Positions 1-16,084 of a stretch of DNA of 64,000 nt are shown here, in pieces. Positions within the stretch are counted from its first letter, which is position 1; each line of letters starts with the position of its first letter. Below the pieces are notes generated by a model that saw only the letters and a list, made by a program, of their open reading frames with translations, did not search any database and had not been told where the DNA came from. Position numbers and translations under genes: made by a program. This DNA comes from the human T2T-CHM13v2.0 reference genome, Homo sapiens, in NCBI RefSeq assembly GCF_009914755.1, contig NC_060929.1, one strand, 5' to 3'.

Positions 1-413
1 TTACCCTGGGTGTGTCTGTAAGGATGTTTCTTGATGACTCCAAAGACACTTTAAAAGTTTGAATCCTTTAAATCAATAGACTGAGTAAAGCAGCCTACAG
101 TCCTCAATGTGGGTGGGCCTGTTCCAATCCATTGGAGGTCTGAATTGAGCAGAAGGCAGAATAAAGTAGAATTCACTCTTTCTGCCTGTTTTCACTCTGG
201 GCCATCAGTCTTCTGCACTCAGACTAGAACTTGTAACACCAGCTCTTGTGGGTATTCAGTCTCCAGCTTGCACACGGCAGATCATGGGCCTTCTCAGCCT
301 CTATAATCACGTGAGCCAATTCCTTATAATAAATAAATATTAACAAATATTCAAGTAATATAAATATAAATATCTTATTGGTTCTGTTCCTCTGGAGAAC
401 CCTGACTAACACA
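1..413 (+). mobile_element. MLT2-family (ERVL) LTR, 3' part, cut by window edge
   Basis: Typical MLT2 motifs 'gggtgtgtctgtaaggatgttt', 'agactgagtaaagcag' and the end 'ttggttctgttcctctggagaaccctgactaacaca'. Confidence 0.8.
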
Positions 414-1052
414 TGTGGTAGAGAATGTGGGTGGCCTATAGGGGCTGAAAGCAGCATTCAACTAACAGCCAGCACAAAGCAGACAAACCTCAGCCCTACA
501 ACTACAAAGAACTGAATTTTTCCAACAACAAAAAAATGAATTTAGGCCAGATGCAGTGGCTCATATCTGTTATCTTAGTACTTTGGGAAGCCAAGGAGGG
601 AGGATCACTTGAGCCCAGGAGTTCGAGAAAAGCCTGGGCAACAGAGTGAGAGACCCATTTCTATAAAAAAAATATAAAACTTAGTTGTGTATAGTGGTGG
701 CATTCACTATGGTCTCAGCTATGTGGAAGCTGAAGCAGGAGGACTGCTTGAACCCAGGAGGTTGAGGCTGCAGTGAGCAGATATTCTCACCACTACACTC
801 CAACCTGGGCAACAGAGCAAGAACACGTCTCAGAAAAAAAAAATGAGTTTAGAAGCAAATTTTTCCAGAGTCTTCAGATGAGAATTCATCCAAATGAATA
901 CCCTGATTTTAGCCCTGTGATAATCTAACGAAGAACTCTGTCATGCCATGCCAGACTTCTAACCTATGAAAGGGTAAGCAAAACAACATGAATATTGTTT
1001 TAAGCTACTAAATGTGTGATCATTTGTTACTCAGCAATAGAAAACTAATACA
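414..1052 (+). mobile_element. MLT1 (MaLR) LTR 3' part, MLT1E/F-like, interrupted by an Alu
   Basis: 'cagccctacaactacaaagaactgaatt' and the end 'ttttaagctactaaat...tttgttactcagcaatagaaaactaataca'. Confidence 0.75.
545..843 (+). mobile_element. AluJ-like SINE
   Basis: Dimeric Alu with 'ggatcacttgagcccaggagttcgag'; TSD aaaaaaatga[a/g]ttta on both sides. Confidence 0.9.
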
Positions 1053-1589
1053 ATCTCAAAATATTTTAACTTCAAGATATTTTGAACGTTTAAAAAATAT
1101 TTAATATTTGTGACTGTGTTCATGATACTATGTGCTTTGAATTCTCTCCTCAAGTCATGAAAAACTGTGAGTAGCATGGATATGTGCAGACATCAGTATC
1201 ACCTAGTGATCCATGTTCTTTGTTGACATCAGCAAAATTATTAATAATTTAGTCAACACATACTCTAGCAACATATAAATGAAAGCTTTTGAAAAGATAA
1301 TACTCGGTTACTTAGTAAGAAAACAAGAGACACAAGCAAAGACTTACAAGAAGATGGCACCATGAGAACATACCTGCATAACCATTCTTCTTGAGGTCTA
1401 TTAAAATAAATAACATAAACCTGATCTAAAGACAAACGTATCATCTTTAATAACACTAGGGAACTACCACAACATAAAGATTTCCAATAATATCTACTCT
1501 TCCATATATAATTTAAACCCAACCACAGGAGAATACTGAGAGAGAAAATCTATCTCCGTAATCTTGATCAGAGTGCAGATTTTTTAAAA

Positions 1590-2153
1590 ACAGAGCTCCT
1601 TTTTTTCCATTGGCTGAATCATATTCTAATGTATTATATATAGTATGTATATGTGTATATGTGCATTTGTGTGTATGTGTATGCCACATTTTCTTTATCC
1701 ATTTGTCCATCAAATTCTAAGATTGAATCCATACCTTGGTGAATAATGCTGCAATGAACATGGAATGTATATGTCAACGCAGATGAACCTGGAGGACATT
1801 ATGGTAAGTGAAATAAGCCCAACACAAAAAGACAAATACTGTAAGATCTCACATACATGTGAAATTTTGAAAAGTCAAACTCATAGAAACAGAGACTAAA
1901 ACACTGGTTACCAGGGACTAGGAGGTAGGAGAAATGGACAGATGTTCATCATAGGGTACAAACTTTCAGTTATAAAATAAACAAGTTCTGGGGATCTAAG
2001 GTACAGCATGTGTGGTGATGGGTATGTTAATTTGATTTTATAATTATTATACAATATATACATACATCAAATAATCATGTTGTGTACTTTGAAAATATAT
2101 ATAATCTTTATTTGTCACCTAAATATCTTAACATTAACAAATAGATAAATAAA
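1590..2153 (+). mobile_element. L1MA-type 3' end with inverted 5' segment (1590-1775 minus, 1776-2153 plus)
   Basis: Minus part reads MDKWIKKMW-like ORF2 C-terminus; plus part resumes at 'gatgaacctggaggacattatg' and runs through an L1MA 3'UTR to an A-rich tail. Confidence 0.75.
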
Positions 2154-3099
2154 TAGGCCAATATCCTTTAAGTAGCCAGGGAAAATACCAATGGTCAGGT
2201 GGAACCATGGAACGAAAAAAGAAGCACCCAACTTGAGTTAGATTTGCATACTCAGGGACAAACCATGTGGCAAAGTTGAAGAAGGTACCATGTAGCACTG
2301 CCCCCACATGCGTACATACATATGTGTACCACATACATGTACTGTGATATCTTTAGTTTGTGTGAACCTGAGATAATCCATCATTATGATATTTCAAAAA
2401 AACAAAATTATAAGACAGTCCTTTTTTCCTATATACTACCCTAAACTCAACCCTATACACACACACACACATGCACACACAGTGACACATGTCTTAAGGC
2501 AGATGATTAATCAGATCTCAAGAGAAAGTGTTTAGAAACAACACTCTGACAAACAGCAAGATCAATGGTCCCCATCTATAACCCTATTCTCACTCACCAG
2601 AAATCAATAAGGACAGTTCACAGAGACTGAGATCAGTCCTCCTCTAGGCCTTCTACCTAGATTACCAGTGATGAAGATGCTACATAAAGTAGCATCAAGC
2701 TTCCCCAGAATTTCAACTCCACTAACGTTCAAAAAAGAGCCCCTCCCTGACCTGGGGTCCACAGTAAATCCTTGGACTGTGTCAAAGTCAGGAAAATGCC
2801 TCCCCCAGGCTTATTAACCCTATAGTATAGGGTCCAGTTGGGTTTCATTTACTGAGTCAAAGACTTGCTTCCCCATTTCTTGAGGGAGCTTCAAGCACAT
2901 AACTCTTCCTGCCCATAACACTCAGCCTTGCTACCACTCACCTTGAATTAACCAAGGTGAATCTTATTGTGGCCTTTAGTCTTTTTTATCTTAAACTAAA
3001 CATCCCCAGATGTCTCGTTCGACACTCATCTCCTACCCTATGATCTCCATAAGGCTCTGATAGCGCCTCTTCTATTACCTTCTCTCATCCTTCTTGAAA

Positions 3100-4290
3100 T
3101 CCTCCTACTAGACCTTCAGATTCCCATAATCTGTCCATCATCACCATAATCTCACCCATCCCCAGCCTCTTCTTTCATATGTTCCCTTTATCTTTTTACT
3201 TCCTTTTCACAAGGTAAACTTGGCACTGCTTCCCCACACAGTCCTTTCAAGTAAAGGCTGATTTTCTCCCTGCCCTCATATTGCTGAGCATGGGAGTGGG
3301 TGGAGATCTTCTCTGTTGCTTATTGCTACTTTCTCACTTCAGTCTACCTAAAAACTTCCAGCTTGACATTTCTTGGCATCATAGTATATCACCTCCTGTC
3401 TCTCAATGTTGCCCCATCTCTAGAACTTCCCCCAGATCACTCCCTCTTGATTCTCAAATACTTCCGCTTCTGGCTCATTGTCCGTATCCTCATGACTATT
3501 CCTTCCTTAATTTTTGGAGTTTTAATATACATGTAGATGACCCTTTAAATTCTCAGTTGCTTGAACTCTTCTCCAATGATCTTGTCTTCAACATTATTTT
3601 AGTTGTCATACCATAGACCTTATTATTATAACTTTTATCTCCACATAATCATAATTTCACATATCCTACTACTGAATAACTACCTCATTTTATTCCTCTC
3701 ACTCCATTTAGCACCCCAACTCCAACAATCCTTTGACCCCACCAGACTCCAGCTTATTTGTCTTACCAACATTTTACTGTCCCCAACATTCTTGATATTC
3801 TCTCTCTTACCTAGCTTTATTTCCATGGTCGATCATTATAATCCTTCCTATACCTTTAACTTACTTCCCCTTTCTCCCCATCATTGTAATGTCTTGGAAA
3901 TGTAATGACTTGGAAATGTCTAACCCTGGTTAAATGTAACCTTTCAACCATCCCATACTTGTACTCCTGTAGCTGGACATGGCTGAAGAAAAACACACAA
4001 TTACCCTGTCTGGTGTCACTTTGAATTCATAGTTGCAAATCTAAAACCACCCTCTAATACTCCTTGACTCTCATACTACATTTCCCTAGCCTGTTCATTT
4101 GCTACTCTCCTAGAAAACCATTTTACTTTTTCTCTTTTGCCTCAAATTTTCATCATCTCTTCCTGCTTCCTCATTCTTAGATGAGCTTGCTTCCAACTTC
4201 ACTATGAAAATTTAAATAATCAGAAGACAACTTTTATAAACTCCTACTACCACATCTACCCAACCACCAGTGCCTGTACCTCCCACCTGT
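3100..4290 (+). mobile_element. L2 LINE relic (endonuclease/ORF2 region)
   Basis: ORF 3281..3616 contains FNIHVDDP..SQLLELFSNDL, matching the L2 GDFNIHVDDP motif; pyrimidine-rich; boundaries approximate. Confidence 0.75.
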
Positions 4291-4329
4291 TACCATGGCA
4301 GCTTAACTGTTGCAGAGGAAGTAGCTACC

Positions 4330-4504
4330 ATGGTATACCAGTTTTCGAGTACTGTTCTAGGAATCATTCCTTGTAGCCCAGCTTCGAACTTGTTTCTCCT
4401 GTCCTTCTGGTAATGTTGTAACACAAACTTTCCAGCTGTAAATGCTTTGCACTTAAAGTAGCTAAAGTAGCTTCCTGTATCTGCACCTTAACCGTGACTG
4501 ATAC
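4330..4504 (+). mobile_element. Old ERVL-class LTR 3' end fragment
   Basis: Ends '...cttaaagtagctaaagtagcttcctgtatctgcaccttaaccgtgactgatac', similar to ERVL LTR termini. Confidence 0.4.
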
Positions 4505-4509
4505 CTCAG

Positions 4510-5887
4510 TCAAAAATTAATTATATGCAGAAAAAATCTAATAAGGTTGATAGCATAAAGGAAAGAAAAAAGAATGAAACATACTCAATAAAAGGCAGGT
4601 GAAGAAAATATTTTGAAATAGATACTACAGGAAACAGAAGAAAATTTTAGACAAAATATCCTAAATCCATAATTATAGCAAAGAGAAAGATGCAAGAGAA
4701 CAAATGTGAGATGCTGTTTTGACTGAGGAAGATTTAAAAGTGAGCCAGGATAGCTAAGGGAAAACACCATTACAGAAAACGAAAACCAAATTGGAAACAG
4801 CGAGATGATAAACCAACCCTGGCAGAAACATGGTTGTAACATGGAAGGATAGCTCAAGAAAATAACACAGAAATGAAGAGGGTAGATTTGGAAGGCAGTC
4901 ATTACATAAAAAGGAGAATAAAACGTGAAATTATTTATCAATAAACATTTGTTTTCTAAAAGAAAATGTGTATGTTCATATTGAAAGGGCTTGCTGTGTT
5001 CCATGAACAAATAACTTTAAAATCATGATATTTCCTAATGATATTACTGAATTCCAAAGACAAAGGCTCTTGTAAGTATTGAAAGAGAAGAATCAGATCC
5101 CCTACAAATGTTTAAAAAAAAAACAACGAATAAACTCAGACTTCACTTCAGAAAAACTCAAGGCCAAAAAGACAAAGAAACTACATCTACATCTCCAAAA
5201 GGATGAAAGAAAGGGGATGGAACTCAAGAACTATATATTGAGACATGCTGACATTTACAGAGCAGGAGGAAATGTTCAATTTTGCAATACTTCTAGAATA
5301 ACATCACTTAAAAGCTCTTTCTGAAAAAGAAACATGCATGAAGTCTTAATAGAGCCAGTTGGAAAATGATTCAAAACAAAAAAATCACAAGTGAAGAACA
5401 CTGACTGTGAAAGAACTCGTGGCACACACTGACTCAAAATAATATAAATATTCACAATGACCTTGGTAGTAATGTTACCACTCTTGAAAAAAACCTGTAT
5501 AACTATTAGTTATAATAATACACTAAGTGATCAGTGTAAAACTTTCAAAATGGCCTAACAAAAACAAAGGAAAAAACTGAAGAAGATTCACAATCTACAA
5601 ACACAATATTACTAAATATAAAATAAAAATACTCATTAATCAAATGAAATTTAAACACAAAATAAACCTAATGGAAGTAGAATGAAATAGTAATAATTTT
5701 TAAAAGCAAGATTAATTAATTAGAAAGTAGCAATGCCATACAATAGATGAATAATCCTAGAGGTAACTCCTAAAGCGAAAAATTAAGTAACTGAATTCCT
5801 AAATATTTAAAAATAACACAATCAATAAGCACAAAATTAGGAATAAGAATGAGGGGAAAACACAAATATTCCATAAAGTAAGAAAAT
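4510..5887 (+). mobile_element. Ancient L1M fragment (ORF1 and early ORF2 remnants)
   Basis: A-rich; ORF 5079..5324 'RINSDFTSEKLKAK' resembles L1 ORF1 'IRLTSDFSxETLxARR'. Confidence 0.5.
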
Positions 5888-6501
5888 TACAGGCATACCT
5901 CATTCTGTTGTTCTTCCCTTGATTGTACTTCACAGATATGGTGTTTTTTTTTTTACAAATTGTAGCTTTGTGGCAACCCTACATTAAACAAGTCTATCAG
6001 CATCATTTTCCAAACATGCTTTGCTCACTTTGTGTCTCTATGTCTCATTCTGGTACTTTTCACAGTATTGCTAACTTTTTCATTATTATTATATCTGTTA
6101 TGGTGATCTGTGATCAGTGATCTTTGGTGTTCCTTTTGTAATTGTTTTGGGCACCACAAACCATGCCCATATAAGACAGTGAGCTAAAAGGATAAATGTT
6201 GTGTTGTTCTGACTGCTCCACCAACCACCTGTTTCTCCATCTCTCTCTCTTTTCTCAGGCCTTCCTACTCCCTGAGATACAACAGTATTCAAATTAGGCC
6301 AATTAATCACCCTACAATAGCCTCTAAGTGTCTCAAGTGAAAGTAAGACTCACATGTTTCTTACTTTAAATCAAAAGCTAGAAAAGATTAAGCTTAGTGA
6401 GAAAAGCATTTTGAAAGCCAAGATACACTGAAAGCTAGGCCTCTTGCAGTCTTAGCCAAGTTGTGAATGCAAAGGGGAAGTTCTTGAAGGGAATTTTTTT
6501 T

Positions 6502-6708
6502 ATCTTACTTTTGTTTGTTTTTATTAATTTGTTTAGATATAGAGAAAACTAATCCCCAAAACATAGGAACTGTGCCTTCTGCAGGTCCAAGCACAATGTT
6601 CTACACATAGCTGGCACTCCTTAATTATTCGTTGGTTGAGATGAGGTGACCAGGACATTTAGCAAAACTCCAGCCCATAGAATCAGAATTCTAGGTTTAG
6701 AAAGCCTG
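6502..6708 (-). other. Putative L1 3'-transduced flank with L2/MIR-like fragments
   Basis: Non-L1, non-Tigger DNA between the L1 3' end and a T-run (6494-6501); minus-strand AATAAA at 6520-6525. Confidence 0.65.
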
Positions 6709-8691
<1,983 letters not shown>

Positions 8692-9267
8692 TTAAAAGTG
8701 TAAGGTGAAGCAGCAAGCACAGATGTAGAAGCTGCCACAAGTTATATGTGGATATAAATATCAACATTAACAGGAATTTTGAAGAAGTTGGTTTCAACCC
8801 TCTTGAATTACTTTAAGGGGTTCAAGACTTCAGTGTAAGAAGGAACTGCAGATGTGGTAGAAATAGCAAGAGAACCACAATTAAAAAGGGAGCTGGAAGA
8901 TGTGACTAAATTGCTGCAATTTCACGATAAAACTTGAATGAATAAGGAATTGTTTCTTATGCATGAGCAAAGAAACAGGTTTCTAGAAACGTAATTCACT
9001 CCTGGTGAAGATGCTGTTGTTAAAATGACAAGAAGTTTTCTGAATAGTACATAAACTTAGTTGATAAAGTAGCAGCAGAGTTTGAGACAATTGACTCCAA
9101 GTTGGAAAGAAGTTCTACAATGGGTAAAATGCTATCAAAGAGCACTGCAGGCTACAGAGAAATTTTTCATGAATGAAAGAGTCCAACGATGTGGCAAACT
9201 TCCCTGTTGTATTATTTGAAGAAATTGCTACAGCCACCCCAACTTTCAGCAACCGCCACCATGATCA

Positions 9268-9685
<418 letters not shown>

Positions 9686-9966
9686 TCAAGTATTTTTAAG
9701 TTATTTACATTTTTTTAGATATAATGCTATTGCACACTTCAGAGGCTAATGTATAGTATAAATGTAACTTTTATATGCACTGGGAAACCAAAAAATGTGT
9801 GTGAGTTTTTACTCGCTTTATTATGATATTTGCTTTATTACTGTGGTCTGGAACTAAACCTACACTATCTCCAAGGTATGCCTATGTATGGAAAGATTTG
9901 CCTAATTTTGAGCGAATAAATACTTAAACCAAAATAAAGTGGATGATTCCAATTAAAAATTTCTGG

Positions 9967-10141
9967 GTTTTTTTCTTTTTTTTTTTTATTATCCTTTAAG
10001 TTCTGGGATACATGCGCAGAATGTGTGGGTTTGTTACATAGGTATACATGTGCCATGGTGGTTTGCTGCACCCATCAACCCGTCATCTAGGTTTTTAGCC
10101 CTACATGTATTAGGTATTTGTCCTAATGCTCTCCCCTCCCC
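9967..10141 (-). mobile_element. Short L1PA8-like 3'UTR fragment
   Basis: T-run then 'ctttaagttctgggatacatg...ccatggtggtttgctgcacccatcaacccgtcatctagg'. Confidence 0.85.
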
Positions 10142-10142
10142 C

Positions 10143-10371
10143 TTTTTTAAGACAGAGCCTCACTCTGTTGCCCAGGCTGGAGTGAAGTGGAGCAATCTCA
10201 CTCAGCTCATTGCAACCTCTGCTTCCCAGGCTCAAGGGATCCTCCCACTTCAGCCTCCTGAGTAGCTGGAAGGAGGTGCACACCACCACACCTGGCTAAT
10301 TTTTTTATATTTTTGGTAGAGAGAAGGTTTCTCCATGTTGCCCGGACTGGCCTTCAACTCCTGGGATCAAG
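10143..10371 (-). mobile_element. Truncated AluJ-like SINE
   Basis: 'agacagagcctcactctgttgcccaggctggagtg...gctcaagggatcctcccacttcagcc'. Confidence 0.85.
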
Positions 10372-11435
10372 GAAGTTTGAGGAAGTAGCTCTATAAAAAT
10401 TTAAATAACAATCTGTACAATATTAAATAATTGGACTATATTAAATAATTGGACTATATTAATTAAATAATCCATGATGGTAGGTTATTTTAACTTTCAA
10501 AGAGCTATTTCCTCAAATTTCACCAAGTCTGACAGTTTCACAAATAAATTATTTCAGATCTCCAAGGGATAAAAATTCCATGCTATTTAAACTATACCAG
10601 AACACATGAAAAAAAAAAAAAAAGAAATGTTTCCCAAATTGTTTGTAAAGTTAGCATATCATTGCCACCATAAAAAACAAAGTTCATATTTTCAGGAAGG
10701 CAAGGATGGCTCAAAATTAAGAATTCTGTTAATAATGTTCATCATATAGTCATCCAAATAAATGGCAAAAAATGATTTTATAAAATGAATTTTATAATAT
10801 AGTCATCTAAATGGCAAAATTCATTTATAAAAACTACTTTATAAAAATCGGTTTAAAAAGTTATTGATTTCTGACTTACGTCAATATAGTAAAAATGTCT
10901 AGTTACTAAATTAAGATAATAGCATATATAACCAAAAGCCAGGATCATGCTTAATCTTAAAACGCTAGAAGCATAATGATTAAAAATAAGGAGCAAGATG
11001 AGTGGATGCCCAATATTACAATTAGAGATTCACTTTGCTCTGGAAGAACTCTGAAAACAGATTATTGGAGTAAGATCTAGAAACATTTTTAAAAAGTCAA
11101 TTTAATGATTTGTAGACTATATGATTGTCTATCTGGAAAACCAAAAGTAAGCCAGTAAGAAAGTACTAGAAGAAAACAAGATATTTAGCATTTACCTGGA
11201 CCCAAATTCAATATACAAAAATAGCTTTGTATTTTCTTATAGAACATAGTAGTAAAATATATCAATAATTGAAACAAGAACTACAAAACATTCCAGGAGA
11301 GTTTAACAAGAAATGCATAGTTTCTATAAGAAAAAGAGTATAAAACTACTGCAGAACATAAAAGACTTGAAAAACTAGTTTAGTTTTGAACAGAAAGACT
11401 CAGTAGTTTAAAAGTGTTATTTTTCCTCAGATTAA

Positions 11436-13267
<1,832 letters not shown>

Positions 13268-13841
13268 GTCAGTAATATCCCCACTCTACTTTTTTAAAAT
13301 GGCTCTGTATTTTAGCAAAAGGAAAGTGAAAAGCCTCTTAGATATTCAAACATATTAAAGTTACAGTAAATAAAAACATCACAGTATCAGCACAGAAATA
13401 GCCAGAATTAGCAAAATAAAATAGACCCAAGTATATGGAAATACAGTCTTTGATAATGACAGTATTTTAAATCAGCAGAGGGGAAATGTAACTATTCAAA
13501 GAAGAAGGTTTTACAATCAACTAGCCACTTGGAAAAGGACAGCAATTTGGAAAATAATTACACTGAATCCATTACCTTATATTTTGTTACAAAATATATT
13601 CCAGAAAGATGAAAAATGTACACAAAGAGCTGAAGAGTAAATTCACAAAAAACTAAATGAAACTATGGTAAATATTATAAGCTTAGAATGGAGGAGATAT
13701 TTATAAGCATGACATAAGAACTAGAAGAAATTATGAAAACATATGTTCAGATAATTAGAAAGTTCTGCAAGGCAAAATACAACATAAGCAAAATAAATAG
13801 AGACAATAAGGAGAAAGTATAGACAATGCACAGAAACAGCA

Positions 13842-13917
13842 ACACTCTTCCAAATTTTATTTTTTAGATTTTCATGGAGCAATTTCTTTTTTCTCTTTCC
13901 CCTATTCTTTTTCCTCC
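13842..13917. repeat. Inverted copy of 14604-14678
   Basis: Hand alignment to the reverse complement: about 13 differences in 76 bp. Confidence 0.75.
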
Positions 13918-13923
13918 AGATAA

Positions 13924-13988
13924 CAGAAAGTTGTTTATATCAAGATAATTTATGATATTTTCAGTAAAACTAAGAATCAAATAACTTA
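13924..13988. repeat. Direct 65-bp copy of 15197-15261
   Basis: cagaaagttgtttatatcaagata...aagaatcaaa[t/g]aactta; 6 mismatches in 65 bp, ungapped. Confidence 0.9.
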
Positions 13989-16084
13989 GTAAGGCCTACA
14001 CTTTATCACTATATATCAATATACCTAAGATATTAATATATACTATATTAGCATATATGTATAAATAAGTATTGTTTAAAGGCAAACAATAAAACAATTC
14101 ACAAGGCAAACCTTGTTTTGAGTTACTGGGTTATTAAAGGCAAATAGCCCAATCGGGAAAAAATGTACATGAACAGGCAACTCATAAAAGAAATATCATG
14201 GGCCAATAAACTTATGAAAAGAAGAAATAAATTCAAACTAAAACAAGATCGGCAAAGATTAATTTAGATCTTTATATTGATACTAGCCAGTACTGACGAG
14301 TGTCTGGAGAGGCTTAACGCAACTTTACTTGGTAGAGCAATTACTAATACATTGACCAGCAAAATATTTATTAGGAATCTATTAAAATGTTACAAGTTAA
14401 GAATCTTTGATCCAGCAATACTGTGTGTACTAATTTAGAGTACAGAAACAGAAAGAAGAATAGGGGGAAATGAGAAATAGGGATATGAGTAAATGAAAAA
14501 AGGGGTTCTGGGAAAGAGAAATAAGAAGAGGAGAATGAAAAGTGTAGGAGATAAATAGAAAGGAGAAAGGGAAGAAGAGAAAGGAAGAGAGGAAGCCAAA
14601 GGAGGAGGAAAAACAATAGGGGAAGGAGAAGAAAGAATTGCTACATAAAAATATGAAAAATAAGTTCTGGAAAAATGTCTACAAACTGTTGGTCACAATT
14701 GCTTCTGGAGAGTAAGATTATAGAGGAATTTCATCTTATTGTTAAATATTTGCACAGCATTTAATTTTTTATAACAAGTATATATGATTTTTGAAATGAT
14801 CAAATATTTCAAAGTGAAATAAAAATGCAAGCAAGCTTAGAAAAAAAGCATTTCTTCCACATTGGTTTCACTCCTACTTTTTGCTTACCCAGTCTTTATC
14901 TTAAGCCCCCCATAGAGACAGTTTATTACTTCCATCCCAGCTGTGGCCTCTCTCCCTCTTTGCTCAATGACTGAAAAGATAGAAGAGAATGGAATGGTCT
15001 CCATCAAAGCTTTACCTTTAACACCCAACATTGACACAATCTGTCTCTCTAAAGTGCTCAGATTGTTGATTTTAAGAACCATTAGGCAAGAAAAGTTGGA
15101 AAGCTAGTGCTGAGTTATATAAATAATGATCTAAAAGAAATGGAAATTATTGTACTTTGCCAAGTCAGCAATCTAAGAACTCTGTTGGGGAAGCAGCAGA
15201 AAGTTGTTTATATCAAGATAGTTTGTGATGTTTCCAATAAAACTAAGAATCAAAGAACTTACTTGGACAGTACTACTCCTTATTAATACTTTGGAAATGT
15301 CTTATCAGCAGAAGGCCTCCTAGGAATTTTTATCCTTACTCAGCAGAGTAAAGATGAGAGTTTTTACCTTTTGAACTAAATTTTTGAATCCTTCTTTGCA
15401 TTGGGTCAGTACCATAACAATTCAGTTTAGTACAGTATTGACTATTACATAATAAACAATATATTACATTGCTTTATATATATTATTTTGTATGTTCCTA
15501 CATATTTATATTTCCACAGTGTAGGCAATAATAAAAATGATGAAGGTGCTTAGAGAAATATAGTTTAGTAACCAACTCTCCCAATCAACACATCAATTAT
15601 TTCGAAGACAGAGAGCCAAAGTTCCCTGAGGAATTTATTTTTTGTTACACTGCTAAACATAGGGATGACTTACAGATATGGCAGTCAGCACCAACCCATC
15701 TTCTGTAACTTGGTAATAGTTTAGAGGTGTGTATATTTGACAGACACATGCACACCTTACGTGTCTCTGGGCAGCCTTCGTTAAAAAAAAATAACAGCTT
15801 GCTTCTTTATACCCTTTTTATCTTCTGGATGACAGCCCTCATAACTGCTAAATAATTGTACCTCACAGTCACTTTAATTCAAATCTTATATATGCATTTA
15901 GAGCAAGATAGTCTTTTCCTTCTATAGTCTACTTCTAGATTCTTCTTCAAGTGAAACGTGTGGTCATCTTAAGACAGATCCAAAATTCAAAATGATGACT
16001 CTTTGATGAGCAAAACTCCACTGCAGCTGACCTCAGGAAGAAAGAAATCCTGGTAACAGAACTCCAAGGATTATTCATTTATTT

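Noticed and set aside
10421-10830. Small tandem duplications (18 bp at 10421-10456; ~53 bp at ~10745-10830; similar ones at ~32335 and ~33677)
   Set aside because: Ordinary slippage events within AT-rich L1 remnants.
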